A DNA stretch of 64,000 nt from Clostridia bacterium. GTDB taxonomy: Bacteria > Bacillota > Clostridia > TANB77 > UBA1234. The position numbers and the translations under genes are program-made. The stretch lies in the NCBI GenBank assembly GCA_017521465.1, contig JAFXCN010000011.1:4148-68147 (forward strand), read 5' to 3'. The notes under the pieces are model-generated. The model worked only from the letters and a program-made list of their open reading frames with translations, had not been told where the DNA came from and ran no database searches. Of the stretch, positions 1 to 11,769 are shown in pieces. Within the stretch, counting starts at the first letter, position 1. Every line of letters begins with the position of its first letter.

Positions 1-38
1 CACTTGAAGATTCAGAGGTTAAAGAAATAAAGAATAAA

Positions 39-2755
<2,717 letters not shown>

Positions 2756-2765
<10 letters not shown>

Positions 2766-2960
2766 TTGAATTCGTGTGAAAAGCAGCATCTCGCTACGTT
2801 AAAAATATATGGCGGTACTCAACGTTGACAAAACTAATTGAAAGCGCTGTCTTGATGTGTCATTGTAAATTTAAAGTGTCCTCAACGTGCATCAGCACGC
2901 CTCCGGTACTTTAAATTTACATTCCTTGCAATACAACACTTTGAATTAGTTTTGTAGAGG
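2756..2960 (+). other. GC-rich structured intergenic element between infB and rbfA; candidate ncRNA or mini-insertion
   Basis: 15-bp perfect direct repeats ACAAAACTAATTGAA at 2756-2770 and 2828-2842; 17-bp inverted repeat 2861-2878 / 2908-2924 enclosing a GC-rich loop; no ORF with an RBS. Confidence 0.25.
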
Positions 2961-3085
2961 TAAATTATAATTTGTGTAAAACTTTTTGAATATAAAAACA
3001 GAAAGAATAAAGAAAAGAGAATATGGAATAAAGAAAAAATATTCTTTATTATTTATTCAATATTCTTTTGTAGAAAGGGTTTCGT

Positions 3086-3463
3086 ATGGAAAGAACTGAT
3101 AGAATTGAAGAAGAGATTAAGAAAATAGTTAGTGTTATAATCGATAGAGAATTAAAGGATCCTAGACTTGATGGCTTGATTAGTGTTACTAAAGTTACTG
3201 TTTCAAAGGATTTGAAATATTGCAAGATCTTTGTTAGCATGCTTGGAACTAAAGATACTGCTGCTGCAATGCAAGCTTTAGAATCGGGTGCTGGATATGT
3301 TAGAAGAGAAGTTGGTTCGAAGGTTAGAATGCATTCTACACCAGAAATAAAATTTGAACTTGACGATTCTATGGAATATGGTGCTCATATTCAAAATATA
3401 ATTAATGGATTAGATATTAAACATGATGAAGAAGATATAGATGAAAGTGAGGAGAATGCTTAA
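3086..3463 (+). CDS. rbfA: Ribosome-binding factor A
   Basis: RbfA-like sequence, position after infB. Confidence 0.9.
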   Translation: MERTDRIEEEIKKIVSVIIDRELKDPRLDGLISVTKVTVSKDLKYCKIFVSMLGTKDTAAAMQALESGAGYVRREVGSKVRMHSTPEIKFELDDSMEYGAHIQNIINGLDIKHDEEDIDESEENA

Positions 3464-4420
3464 ATGGCAACAGTTTTAGATAATATAAGAGAGAGTATTT
3501 CTAAATCTAACTCTATATTAATACTTACACATGAAAATCCAGATGGAGATGCAATAGGCAGTTCTCTTGGATTTATGCATGCATTAAAGAAGATCGGAAA
3601 AGAAGTTACAGTGTTAATTCCAACTGCTAATCCAATGTATTCTTTTCTACCTGGATTTAATGAAATAAAGAAAGAAATTGAAGATTATAAAAATTATGAT
3701 TTGTGTATAGCGCTTGATTCAAGTGATTTAGAAAGATTACATGTATGCAAACCATATTTTGAATTAATAGAAAATACTATAGTTATAGATCATCATATTA
3801 CAAATCAAAACTATGCTGATGTTAACTATGTTAATGCAGTTGCATCATCAACTTGTCAAAACTTAATAATTGTTCTTGCAGCAATGGATATATCAATTGA
3901 CAAAGATATTGCAGAATGTATTTATACAGGAATTCTTACAGATACAGGTGGATTTAGATATAATACACAACCTGAAACTTTTGAATTTGCTGGAATGCTT
4001 GCTGAAACCGGAATTGATATATCAAAAATATATAGATTAGTTTTTGATATGACTACAGAAAGAAGAACAAGATTATTAAGCAGAGCATTAAATAGATTAG
4101 AACTATTAGAAGATGGCAAAATAGCATATACATATATTACAGCTGACGATGTTGAAGAATTACAAAATGAAGATGGTGACCAAGAAGGAATTGTTAATTA
4201 TGGTAGAAACATCGAAGGCGTAGAAGTTTCAATATTTGTAAGAGAAAAAGGCGATAAATATAAAGTTAGCTTAAGAGCAAATGAATATGTTGATGTGTCT
4301 CAAATATCAGCTAAATTTGCGGGTGGTGGACACTTAAGAGCTGCTGGATTTGAAATGGCTATGTCGCTAGAACAAACAAAGCAAGCTGTTGTGGAAGAAA
4401 TAAAGAAACAATTAAAATAG
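3464..4420 (+). CDS. nrnA: DHH/DHHA1 family phosphoesterase (NrnA-like bifunctional oligoribonuclease/pAp phosphatase)
   Basis: DHH motif 'VIDHH', 'GGGH' DHHA1 C-terminus; sits between rbfA and truB. Confidence 0.7.
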   Translation: MATVLDNIRESISKSNSILILTHENPDGDAIGSSLGFMHALKKIGKEVTVLIPTANPMYSFLPGFNEIKKEIEDYKNYDLCIALDSSDLERLHVCKPYFELIENTIVIDHHITNQNYADVNYVNAVASSTCQNLIIVLAAMDISIDKDIAECIYTGILTDTGGFRYNTQPETFEFAGMLAETGIDISKIYRLVFDMTTERRTRLLSRALNRLELLEDGKIAYTYITADDVEELQNEDGDQEGIVNYGRNIEGVEVSIFVREKGDKYKVSLRANEYVDVSQISAKFAGGGHLRAAGFEMAMSLEQTKQAVVEEIKKQLK

Positions 4421-4484
4421 AAATCTTATAAAGGTTGCTAAAAAAGCAACCTTTATTTTAACAAATAGAAAAGTTGGTGAAAAC

Positions 4485-5327
4485 ATGAAAGATGGAATAC
4501 TAATAATTAATAAAGAAAAAGATATGACATCACATGATGTGGTTGCAAAAGCCAGAAAAGCATTAAGTACAAAGAAAATAGGGCACACAGGCACACTAGA
4601 TCCAATGGCAACTGGAGTATTAGTTTTATGTGTTGGCGCAGCAACAAAGTTAGTAGACTATCTAACATGTGATGAAAAAATATATGATGTAGAAATGCAA
4701 CTAGGAATTAGAACAGATACAGGCGATATAACAGGAACTATAATTGAAGAAAAAGATGTTAATGTTGTTGAACAATATAAAGAAGTCTTTAAATCATTTA
4801 TAGGAAAACAAAAACAAATACCACCAATGTATTCAGCTATAAAAAAAGATGGTGTAAAACTATATGAACTTGCAAGAAAAGGTATTGAAATAGAACGAGA
4901 AGCAAGGGATATAGAAATATTTGATATTTATAATATCTCAGACATACATGATAATAAAATTAGTTTTTCAGTACATTGCTCAAAAGGTACTTATATAAGA
5001 GTTTTGTGTGAAGATATTGCCATCAAATTAGGAACAGTAGCAGCAATGACAGCACTTAATAGAACAAAAACAGGTAGATTTGACATTTGCGAAGCTATGA
5101 GTATTAGTGACGTTAGCGAAAATGATATAATTCCAATGGAGAAAGTATTAGAAAACGGTTTTTCAATAAAAGAAAATTTATTAGGTAAGCTAATTAATGG
5201 TATGACTATAAAATGTGAATTAGAAGAGGGATTGTACAATTTATATTGTAATAACAAATACCTTGGAATTGGCGAAGTTATAAATAAAGGCTTAAAAAGA
5301 AAAATTATAGTTGAAAATGAGATATAA
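4485..5327 (+). CDS. truB: tRNA pseudouridine(55) synthase
   Basis: 'GHTGTLDP' catalytic Asp motif, TruB family. Confidence 0.9.
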   Translation: MKDGILIINKEKDMTSHDVVAKARKALSTKKIGHTGTLDPMATGVLVLCVGAATKLVDYLTCDEKIYDVEMQLGIRTDTGDITGTIIEEKDVNVVEQYKEVFKSFIGKQKQIPPMYSAIKKDGVKLYELARKGIEIEREARDIEIFDIYNISDIHDNKISFSVHCSKGTYIRVLCEDIAIKLGTVAAMTALNRTKTGRFDICEAMSISDVSENDIIPMEKVLENGFSIKENLLGKLINGMTIKCELEEGLYNLYCNNKYLGIGEVINKGLKRKIIVENEI

Positions 5328-5384
5328 TTATTATAATATAAGGATGAAATAAGTACCGATTTTTACCTACCACGATAATTCGAA

Positions 5385-6158
5385 ATGGAGGTTATAAATA
5401 TGACTATCCATCGCTCAGCAGGCGCACAAGCACATAATGAGAAGTTAATTGCAATAGAAATGGGTGAATATGCGGATAATATTATAAAAAGCAATCCTGA
5501 TAAGTTAGGAATACTTTTGTGCGAAGGTCTTGAAAATAGTATAGATATAGCATTGTATAGCGCATATTATGAGTATTTGGTCGTAATTCCATATAATGGT
5601 TGTGCAGATATAAAACGTATGGTTCCTAGATTAAGAAAGTACTCAGAATATCCAGTTTTTGGAATAATTGATAGAGATGAACTTTCTAAACGGAAAATAA
5701 AAGAACTTGCTCAAATGGGAATATTCGCAACAAAACTTCCGTTTATCGAAAATATCATTTGCTGTCCTGAAGTGCTAAAAATAGTAACTCCAAAAAGAGG
5801 ACTTAATTATTCTGAAGTGATTGCAAAAGTTAGATCAAATCTTACTAGTATATTAGCTGAAAGATTAATGCATTTAAATCCATTTGATGTGGATATTCCA
5901 AAAGGCCAAGAAATATTGTATGTTAACATTACGATAGCAACTAAAGAAAGAATAGTTAGTAAACGAATTGACTTGAATAATGTACTATATACATTCCGGG
6001 ATAAAGTCATTGCGAGTGAAGTTGCAAATGCACTTGGTATTAATGGACGAGAACACTATTATGAATTTATAAAAGAACAGATTGATAGTGATGTGAGACA
6101 TAGACTGATGGTTGTTGTGGGAAGATATTTACCAGAGATAAAGATTGAAGAAAATTAA
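5385..6158 (+). CDS. DUF4435 / OLD-AriB-like TOPRIM domain protein, solitary (likely start at ATG 5400)
   Basis: 'LLCEGLENSID' (E...D) and 'VFGIIDRDE' (DxD) TOPRIM-like motifs; ~38% GC versus ~30% flanks; RBS GGAGG 8 nt before ATG 5400. Confidence 0.4.
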   Translation: MEVINMTIHRSAGAQAHNEKLIAIEMGEYADNIIKSNPDKLGILLCEGLENSIDIALYSAYYEYLVVIPYNGCADIKRMVPRLRKYSEYPVFGIIDRDELSKRKIKELAQMGIFATKLPFIENIICCPEVLKIVTPKRGLNYSEVIAKVRSNLTSILAERLMHLNPFDVDIPKGQEILYVNITIATKERIVSKRIDLNNVLYTFRDKVIASEVANALGINGREHYYEFIKEQIDSDVRHRLMVVVGRYLPEIKIEEN

Positions 6159-6160
6159 AT

Positions 6161-6190
6161 AAGAAGTGGAAATTTTCCACTTCTTTTCTA
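6161..6190 (+). terminator. Rho-independent terminator
   Basis: Hairpin agaagtggaaa/tttccacttct followed by a T-run. Confidence 0.65.
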
Positions 6191-6298
6191 ACATAAAAAT
6201 TAAACTGTCGAAATAGTAGAAAAAGTGTTGATGAAAAATATTTGTTTTATATATTTCACTATGTTACGATAAATATATAAAACAAAAAGGAGATATAT

Positions 6299-7639
6299 AT
6301 GGTAGAAAAAAATAAAGATTATGAAGTTGATATTGTAGATATGGGTTTTGAAGGAGAAGGCATAACAAAAATTGATGGATATACTACATTTGTAAAAGGA
6401 GCCATAAAAGGTGAAAAAGCCAAAATTAAAATGGTGAAAGTAAATAAAGATTATGGGTTCGGAAAACTTTTAGAAGTTACTGCACCAGCGGATTGTAGAG
6501 AGGAACCCGTATGCGAAATATTCAATAGATGTGGTGGATGCTCGCTTCAACACATGTCTTATGATGCACAGTTAGATTTAAAAACTCAAATGGTAAAAAA
6601 CACAATCAGAAAATCGTTAGGATACGAACCAATTGTGAATAATATAATTGGAATGGGTATTCCATATAACTATAGAAACAAAGCTCAATATCCTGTATCA
6701 AATGGAAAAATTGGATTTTATGCAGATAGAAGCCATGATGTAATAGAAAATAAAGAGTGTTACATACAAAATAAAGTTATAGATGAGATTGCTAAATATG
6801 CATTTGAATTAACTCAAAAACATCATGTTAGTTGCTACAACGAACAATCAGGCAAAGGAACATTAAGGCATATAGTTATTAGAATTGGTGTAAATACAGA
6901 CCAAGTTATGATAACATTTATAACAAATGGAGAAGAATTTAAAAATAAAGATAGTATAATTAGTGAACTAATTAATAAATATCCAAATGTTGTATCTGTA
7001 ATTCAAAATATAAATAGTGAAAATACAAATGTCATATTTGGAAGTAAATGCGTAACTTTATATGGGAAAGATTATATAATAGACAGACTAGGAGATTACA
7101 AATTTAAAATATCACCATTATCATTTTATCAAGTAAATCCTGTACAAACAGAAGTATTATACAATGTAGCAAAAGATTATGCAGGGCTAACAGGAGAAGA
7201 AGTAGTATTTGATCTATATTCTGGAATTGGCACAATCTCAATCTTTGTTGCTGAAAACGCTAAAAAAGTATATGGTGTTGAAGTGGTAGAACCAGCTGTA
7301 GAAGACGCGAAAGAAAATGCGGAAATGAACGAAATAAGAAATGTAGAATTTTTAGCTGGAGAAGCTGAAACAGTGGTGCCTAAAATGTATGAAAAAGGTA
7401 CAAAAGCCGATGTAGTATTTGTAGACCCCCCAAGAAAAGGATGCGACGAAAAACTACTAAACACAATAATAGACATGAAAGCAAAGAAAGTAGTATATAT
7501 AAGTTGCAACCCAGCAACACTAGCAAGAGACTTAAAAACATTAACAGAAAACGGATATGAAATAAAAGAAGTGCAACCAGTAGATATGTTCCCGCAAACG
7601 AGTCACGTGGAGAGCGTAGTGTTGCTAGAAAAAAGATAA
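6299..7639 (+). CDS. rlmD: 23S rRNA (uracil-C5)-methyltransferase RlmD/RumA family
   Basis: TRAM domain, 4Fe-4S Cys cluster 'CGGCSLQH', SAM-MTase 'VFDLYSGIGT', 'DPPRKG'. Confidence 0.85.
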   Translation: MVEKNKDYEVDIVDMGFEGEGITKIDGYTTFVKGAIKGEKAKIKMVKVNKDYGFGKLLEVTAPADCREEPVCEIFNRCGGCSLQHMSYDAQLDLKTQMVKNTIRKSLGYEPIVNNIIGMGIPYNYRNKAQYPVSNGKIGFYADRSHDVIENKECYIQNKVIDEIAKYAFELTQKHHVSCYNEQSGKGTLRHIVIRIGVNTDQVMITFITNGEEFKNKDSIISELINKYPNVVSVIQNINSENTNVIFGSKCVTLYGKDYIIDRLGDYKFKISPLSFYQVNPVQTEVLYNVAKDYAGLTGEEVVFDLYSGIGTISIFVAENAKKVYGVEVVEPAVEDAKENAEMNEIRNVEFLAGEAETVVPKMYEKGTKADVVFVDPPRKGCDEKLLNTIIDMKAKKVVYISCNPATLARDLKTLTENGYEIKEVQPVDMFPQTSHVESVVLLEKR

Positions 7640-7646
7640 ACCTTGA

Positions 7647-7677
7647 AAAGAACATCAACATTGATGTTCTTTTTTTG
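7647..7677 (+). terminator. Rho-independent terminator
   Basis: Hairpin aagaacatcaa/ttgatgttctt followed by TTTTTTT. Confidence 0.7.
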
Positions 7678-7794
7678 CCCCCAAAATAGAAAAAATTATT
7701 GAATTCTTATAAAATGTGATAAAATGTAAAAAAGTATATGATTTTATTGGTGAGTTTGATTCGAAGAGGTTTTAAGTTTGGAGGTATATATGTG

Positions 7795-8667
7795 ATGTTG
7801 AATAGGAGATTTAATGTTGAGCTTGATGAGGAAATACTCGGAGGTTTAGAAGAAGAATTTTCTAAAATTGGTGATAGAATTAATAACGGAGATATTTCGT
7901 GGAGAAATAATGAGTATAGAATTAGACAGGTAATTAGTGCAATATATTATAAAATAGGAATGATTGATTATCAAATTGCATTTGAGGAAATTGGTAAAAA
8001 ACAGATATTTAAAAGATTAAAAGAAAGACTGAAATATTCTGCTATCTTAGAAATGAAGGAAAAACAATATCCGAAAAGAAATCTTGCTTTAAGTAGAACT
8101 GCAGGTATTCAGCAAGCAATATTAGAAGGTCGCATAGGGAATGTTTCAAAGAGTTGTTGTGATGTAATGACAATATTAAATGAAAGACTGAGAATTCCTG
8201 ATACTGTTTATCATGGAACGTCTCAAAATGTGGATGAAAGAGATCTTGGAAAAAAAGGTGAAGATGATTTTTACCCTTCAAGGGATGGCTTGGTGTATTT
8301 TTCATTTGATAGATCTAAAGCGGGAAGGTACGCAGAAGGTACAAATGGTAAAATTTTAAATAGGAGTTTTTCCGAGAATGATATCTTCGCGGTTGTAGAA
8401 AAGGTTGATGGAGGATTACCGTTTGAACATCAAGAAGCTTTATTAGCGATGTTACAAAAGAACAATATAAGATATTTAGTTTCATCAAGTCCAGCATCTG
8501 CAGAAGATATTGTAGATATTTCTAATTATGCTGATTTTGTAAAAACGAGGGATGAAAAAATAGAAAATAAGTTGAAAAAATTAAAAATACAACTACCAGA
8601 GATACTAAATTACAATGAGTGGTTAAGCAAACTTGAATTAGACAATATTGATAAAGATGAAATATAA
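7795..8667 (+). CDS. Hypothetical protein with a Tpt1/KptA- or H-Y-E ART-fold-like central segment (start GTG 7792 or ATG 7795)
   Basis: RBS GGAGG 7780-7784; 'VYHGTSQNVDE...GLVYFSFDRSKAGRYAEGTNGKIL' resembles the KptA 'LYHGTASRFLDE...YVHLSESYEVALKVGRRHGKPVVL' segment (recalled from memory). Confidence 0.55.
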   Translation: MLNRRFNVELDEEILGGLEEEFSKIGDRINNGDISWRNNEYRIRQVISAIYYKIGMIDYQIAFEEIGKKQIFKRLKERLKYSAILEMKEKQYPKRNLALSRTAGIQQAILEGRIGNVSKSCCDVMTILNERLRIPDTVYHGTSQNVDERDLGKKGEDDFYPSRDGLVYFSFDRSKAGRYAEGTNGKILNRSFSENDIFAVVEKVDGGLPFEHQEALLAMLQKNNIRYLVSSSPASAEDIVDISNYADFVKTRDEKIENKLKKLKIQLPEILNYNEWLSKLELDNIDKDEI

Positions 8668-8759
8668 AAAAGGCTTTTATAGTGAGAAAATATTTAAAGA
8701 CAAATGTTTTAGATTAAAGACGATTATTTAGAAAATAAAAAACAGGGGAGAAATGTACC

Positions 8760-9323
8760 ATGAAATATTTAAAAGTAATGTTCTCAACAAAATCTAGATA
8801 TAGTGATTATGAATATAAAATTGATGAAGTTAATATTGCTAATGAATGGAATCCGTTTGGCAAAACACCTAAAGAAATTGGTGGATTTAATTTTAGCAAT
8901 GATAAAAATATAATAAGATGGTTGCACAATGGTGATACTATTTATGATGTTGAAATTCCTGAGGATGCAGAAGTAATTAGTGTTATAAATTGTGCTACAC
9001 CAAACGGTGTTTTTAGAAGTAATAAAATTATTATTAAAAATCCTAGAAAAGTTGACGATGAAATGGCTTTAAAATTTTATGAAAATGCTGTGATTCCAGA
9101 GGGAGCTTTTCCTAAAGCATTAGCTGGTATAGCTGCGATGGATTATTATAATACGGCAAATAGAATTTTTAGTGATAAAGTTTCTAAAGAAAATATTTCA
9201 TATTACTTATCTGAATGGGATGATTTTATTAGTAAAAGAGAAAGAAAAGATTGTAATGAAACGGTGAAAGAAATAGAAGCAAAATTAAGAGAGATGTATA
9301 TGAATACTAAAGTTGTAAAATGA
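8760..9323 (+). CDS. Hypothetical protein (possible partner of the upstream gene)
   Basis: RBS GGGGAG, co-directional, 92-nt gap. Confidence 0.55.
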   Translation: MKYLKVMFSTKSRYSDYEYKIDEVNIANEWNPFGKTPKEIGGFNFSNDKNIIRWLHNGDTIYDVEIPEDAEVISVINCATPNGVFRSNKIIIKNPRKVDDEMALKFYENAVIPEGAFPKALAGIAAMDYYNTANRIFSDKVSKENISYYLSEWDDFISKRERKDCNETVKEIEAKLREMYMNTKVVK

Positions 9324-9571
9324 AATATACATACCTACCGTACCATATACGAGGTGTAAAATTATACCTACCGTGTCTAGGCGAGGCATGTGGAAAATGT
9401 TGTGCTTTTGGAGCTGAAAAATGCTTAAAACTCAATACTTCAGGGTGCTTTTTAAAATTCTGAATTTTGATAAAATCTCAAAAAATAGAGGAAAATCTAT
9501 AAAAAATTAAAGAAATTAAATTTTACCTGGTATAGGGTAGACATGTCAGAAAAAAGTGAATCACGAAAAAT

Positions 9572-9620
9572 AACCAACAAAGTACAATTTAAAATGCACT
9601 TTGTTGGTTGTTTTATTTCC
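9572..9620 (+). terminator. Terminator-like hairpin
   Basis: aaccaacaaagt...actttgttggtt followed by gttttatttcc. Confidence 0.5.
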
Positions 9621-9677
9621 CAAAAATAGCTTGAATTTGGGAAATAAAAATGATATATGATATAAAATGATTTTCTA

Positions 9678-9953
9678 ATGGATAATATATCTAATATAAC
9701 AACAGAATTATTAAGGCGTGGATATGAATTATATGTTGGAGTTTTATATGTAAAAGAAGTAGATTTTGTAGCGATAAAGCAAAACGAAAAAATATATATT
9801 CAAGTCTCTGATAATATAAGTGATGAAAAAACTTTTAAAAGAGAAGTAGAGTCATTATTAAGAATTAAAGATGCTTATCCTAAAATAATTATAGCTAGAA
9901 CAAAACATGATAGGTATCAGCATGAAAGTATAGAGATTATAGATATAGCATAG
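9678..9953 (+). pseudogene. C-terminal fragment of a DUF4143-containing AAA ATPase (COG1373-type); N-terminus missing
   Basis: 91 aa matching only the C-terminal DUF4143 region ('[16 protein letters not shown]'); no ATPase domain upstream. Confidence 0.5.
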
Positions 9954-10250
9954 TGGTTAGCTAATTAAATACAGAAAAAATATATGAAATTAATCAAAGA
10001 AAAGATAGGTTGGAAATGAAGAATAATTAGGAATCAAAGAATGTATAATCTTAAATGCTTAAAATGTAATATCCGTAGGCGTTTTATGTTGACATCAAAC
10101 ACTTATGCGTGATATAATCACGTTGCTTAAATATGTTAAAAATAAGGAAAAAATATAATTTGATTCTTTGAACTTTTGAAGAGATGATGCTAAAACATTT
10201 TGTTCAAGGACAAAAGTAATTGAAACGACTAAAATCAAGGAGGGACAAAA

Positions 10251-10472
10251 ATGGCTATTCTTTTGAGATTGAATCGTATCAAGGGACAGTTAGATAATTA
10301 TTCTGAAGAAAAGGAAGCATACCTTCAAAGTAAGTACGGGATTCCTTCTATTTGTAGTAATGGCAGAATGGGTCCTCCTTGTATGCCTTATAATCAATCT
10401 GACCCCAGCACCCATGCTGAGGCGGTAAACTTCTTTGCACAACTACAAAAAACGTGTAGAAACAACGAGTAG
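10251..10472 (+). CDS. Small Cys-containing protein, paralogue A (73 aa)
   Basis: Identical RBS context 'atcaaggagggacaaaaatg'; conserved 'YLQSKYGIP..CSN...MPYNQ.DPS.H.EA..FFA.L.KTCRNN' shared with the adjacent ORF. Confidence 0.55.
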   Translation: MAILLRLNRIKGQLDNYSEEKEAYLQSKYGIPSICSNGRMGPPCMPYNQSDPSTHAEAVNFFAQLQKTCRNNE

Positions 10473-10499
10473 AACGATCAAAATCAAGGAGGGACAAAA

Positions 10500-10715
10500 A
10501 TGAAGCGTATCAAGGGACAGACAGAAGATTTTTATGAACAGAAGGAAAAATACTTACAAAGTAAGTACGGGATTCCTACTCTTTGTAGTAATCACTGTTA
10601 TCCTATTCCACAGATGCCTTATAATCAACCTGACCCCAGCCATCATGATGAAGCACGTGAGTTTTTTGCAAATCTGCGAAAGACATGTAGAAACAATGGG
10701 TCGGATGAAAAATAA
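10500..10715 (+). CDS. Small Cys-containing protein, paralogue B (71 aa)
   Basis: Tandem paralogue of 10251-10472 with identical RBS. Confidence 0.55.
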   Translation: MKRIKGQTEDFYEQKEKYLQSKYGIPTLCSNHCYPIPQMPYNQPDPSHHDEAREFFANLRKTCRNNGSDEK

Positions 10716-10795
10716 AATGGAATTTATTATTGCTGTAATTATTATTGGGACTGCTATTGGCTTCTAAAAGGAAACAATAAAAGGGGGATAGCGAT

Positions 10796-11095
10796 ATGCG
10801 AGATATTCCTATTACAATGCCTCATCACGCAATGAACTCCATTGTAGGGATTATTCTTACTCAGACAACGACTTTCACAAAAGACGAAATTGTTGAGCTC
10901 GCAGAAGAAAAACTTAAGTGTACTCCTTTTGCCAAAGATGGTGCGAGAAGAAGTGAAATTGATGTAAAAGAGTTTGTAGAAGAAGTAGTTGAAACTCTGT
11001 ATGGTATGGATTATATTAGAGCGGTTACCGAAAATGGAGATTTCAAAGGTCGCTATAAACTCAATATGAGTTTTCCGTCTATAACTCGTTTCTAA
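10796..11095 (+). CDS. Hypothetical protein
   Basis: RBS 'aagggggatagcgatatg'; sits on the same GC-enriched stretch as the small paralogues. Confidence 0.5.
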   Translation: MRDIPITMPHHAMNSIVGIILTQTTTFTKDEIVELAEEKLKCTPFAKDGARRSEIDVKEFVEEVVETLYGMDYIRAVTENGDFKGRYKLNMSFPSITRF

Positions 11096-11126
11096 AATGA
11101 AAAAAATATTCAAAGTTTTAATACAT

Positions 11127-11162
11127 TCTAAATGTTTATAACATTTAGAGTGTATTTTTTTG
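11127..11162 (+). terminator. Rho-independent terminator
   Basis: tctaaatgtt-tataa-aacatttaga followed by a T-run. Confidence 0.6.
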
Positions 11163-11163
11163 T

Positions 11164-11196
11164 GCCAACGGGGACGGACTCGTTGGCAGTTTTTTA
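11164..11196. repeat. GGACGGACTC-core palindromic intergenic repeat (REP-like), copy 1
   Basis: gccaacgGGGACGGACTCgttggc followed by a T-run. Confidence 0.6.
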
Positions 11197-11414
11197 TATA
11201 ATAGGAAAGTTATCGACAATTTTTGATTGTAGCTTGTGTGTAACAAGCGTTACAAGCAAAAATTATACTTATATTCTTTCCTATTATACAAGAATAATTT
11301 CATATTAAAGTCGAGCGAAGCTCGACATATGAAAATCAAAAATCTTTGATTTTTAGATTTTCATTTTTCTTATTGCTTAATTTATCATCAAAATAGTGAA
11401 AAAATGCTAAATTT

Positions 11415-11426
11415 TTGATATAATGA
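11415..11426 (+). promoter_or_regulatory. Extended -10 promoter element (TTGATATAATGA) upstream of cutA
   Basis: TGnTATAAT consensus; the same 9-mer recurs at 18847 and 48322. Confidence 0.35.
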
Positions 11427-11454
11427 TGCTAGATTTGAAAAAGGAAGTGTGATT

Positions 11455-11769
11455 ATGGGTTATTGTATGATAGAAACAGCTTTTGGTAATTTAGATGAGG
11501 CGAAAAAAGTTATTGATAGATTATTAGAAGAAAAATTAGTTGCAAGTTGTCAAATGCTAGAAAGTAATAGCAAATGGAACTGGAAAAATGAAATAGAAGA
11601 AAGTAAGGAATATATAGTTTTAATGAAAACAAAAAAATCTTTACAAGAAAAAATTTATGCAGTCATAAAAGGAATACATAGTTATGATTGTTTTGAGTTT
11701 GCAGTATTTAATTTGGAAAGTAATAATCAAGATTATCTAAATTGGATTGAGGAGGAAACAAATGGATAA
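11455..11769 (+). CDS. cutA: Divalent-cation tolerance protein CutA
   Basis: CutA1 family sequence 'YCMIETAF...LVASCQML...'; RBS aaggaag 7 nt before ATG 11455. Confidence 0.8.
   Translation: MGYCMIETAFGNLDEAKKVIDRLLEEKLVASCQMLESNSKWNWKNEIEESKEYIVLMKTKKSLQEKIYAVIKGIHSYDCFEFAVFNLESNNQDYLNWIEEETNG

Noticed and set aside
9324-9677. GC-richer intergenic stretch checked for a tRNA or other RNA gene
   Set aside because: No cloverleaf or conserved tRNA boxes; only short 'tacctaccgt' repeats and a terminator-like hairpin, likely decayed remains of the truncated ATPase gene's upstream part
10534-10767. 77-aa ORF in an alternative frame overlapping small protein B
   Set aside because: It has no RBS and overlaps a conserved paralogue. 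Only its last 16 codons (10717-10767) form an independent tiny ORF, and those are reported as an observation
10754-11113. 119-aa minus-strand ORF antisense to 10796-11095
   Set aside because: The plus-strand ORF has a GGGGGA RBS and sensible composition; the antisense product is Phe/Ile-rich low complexity
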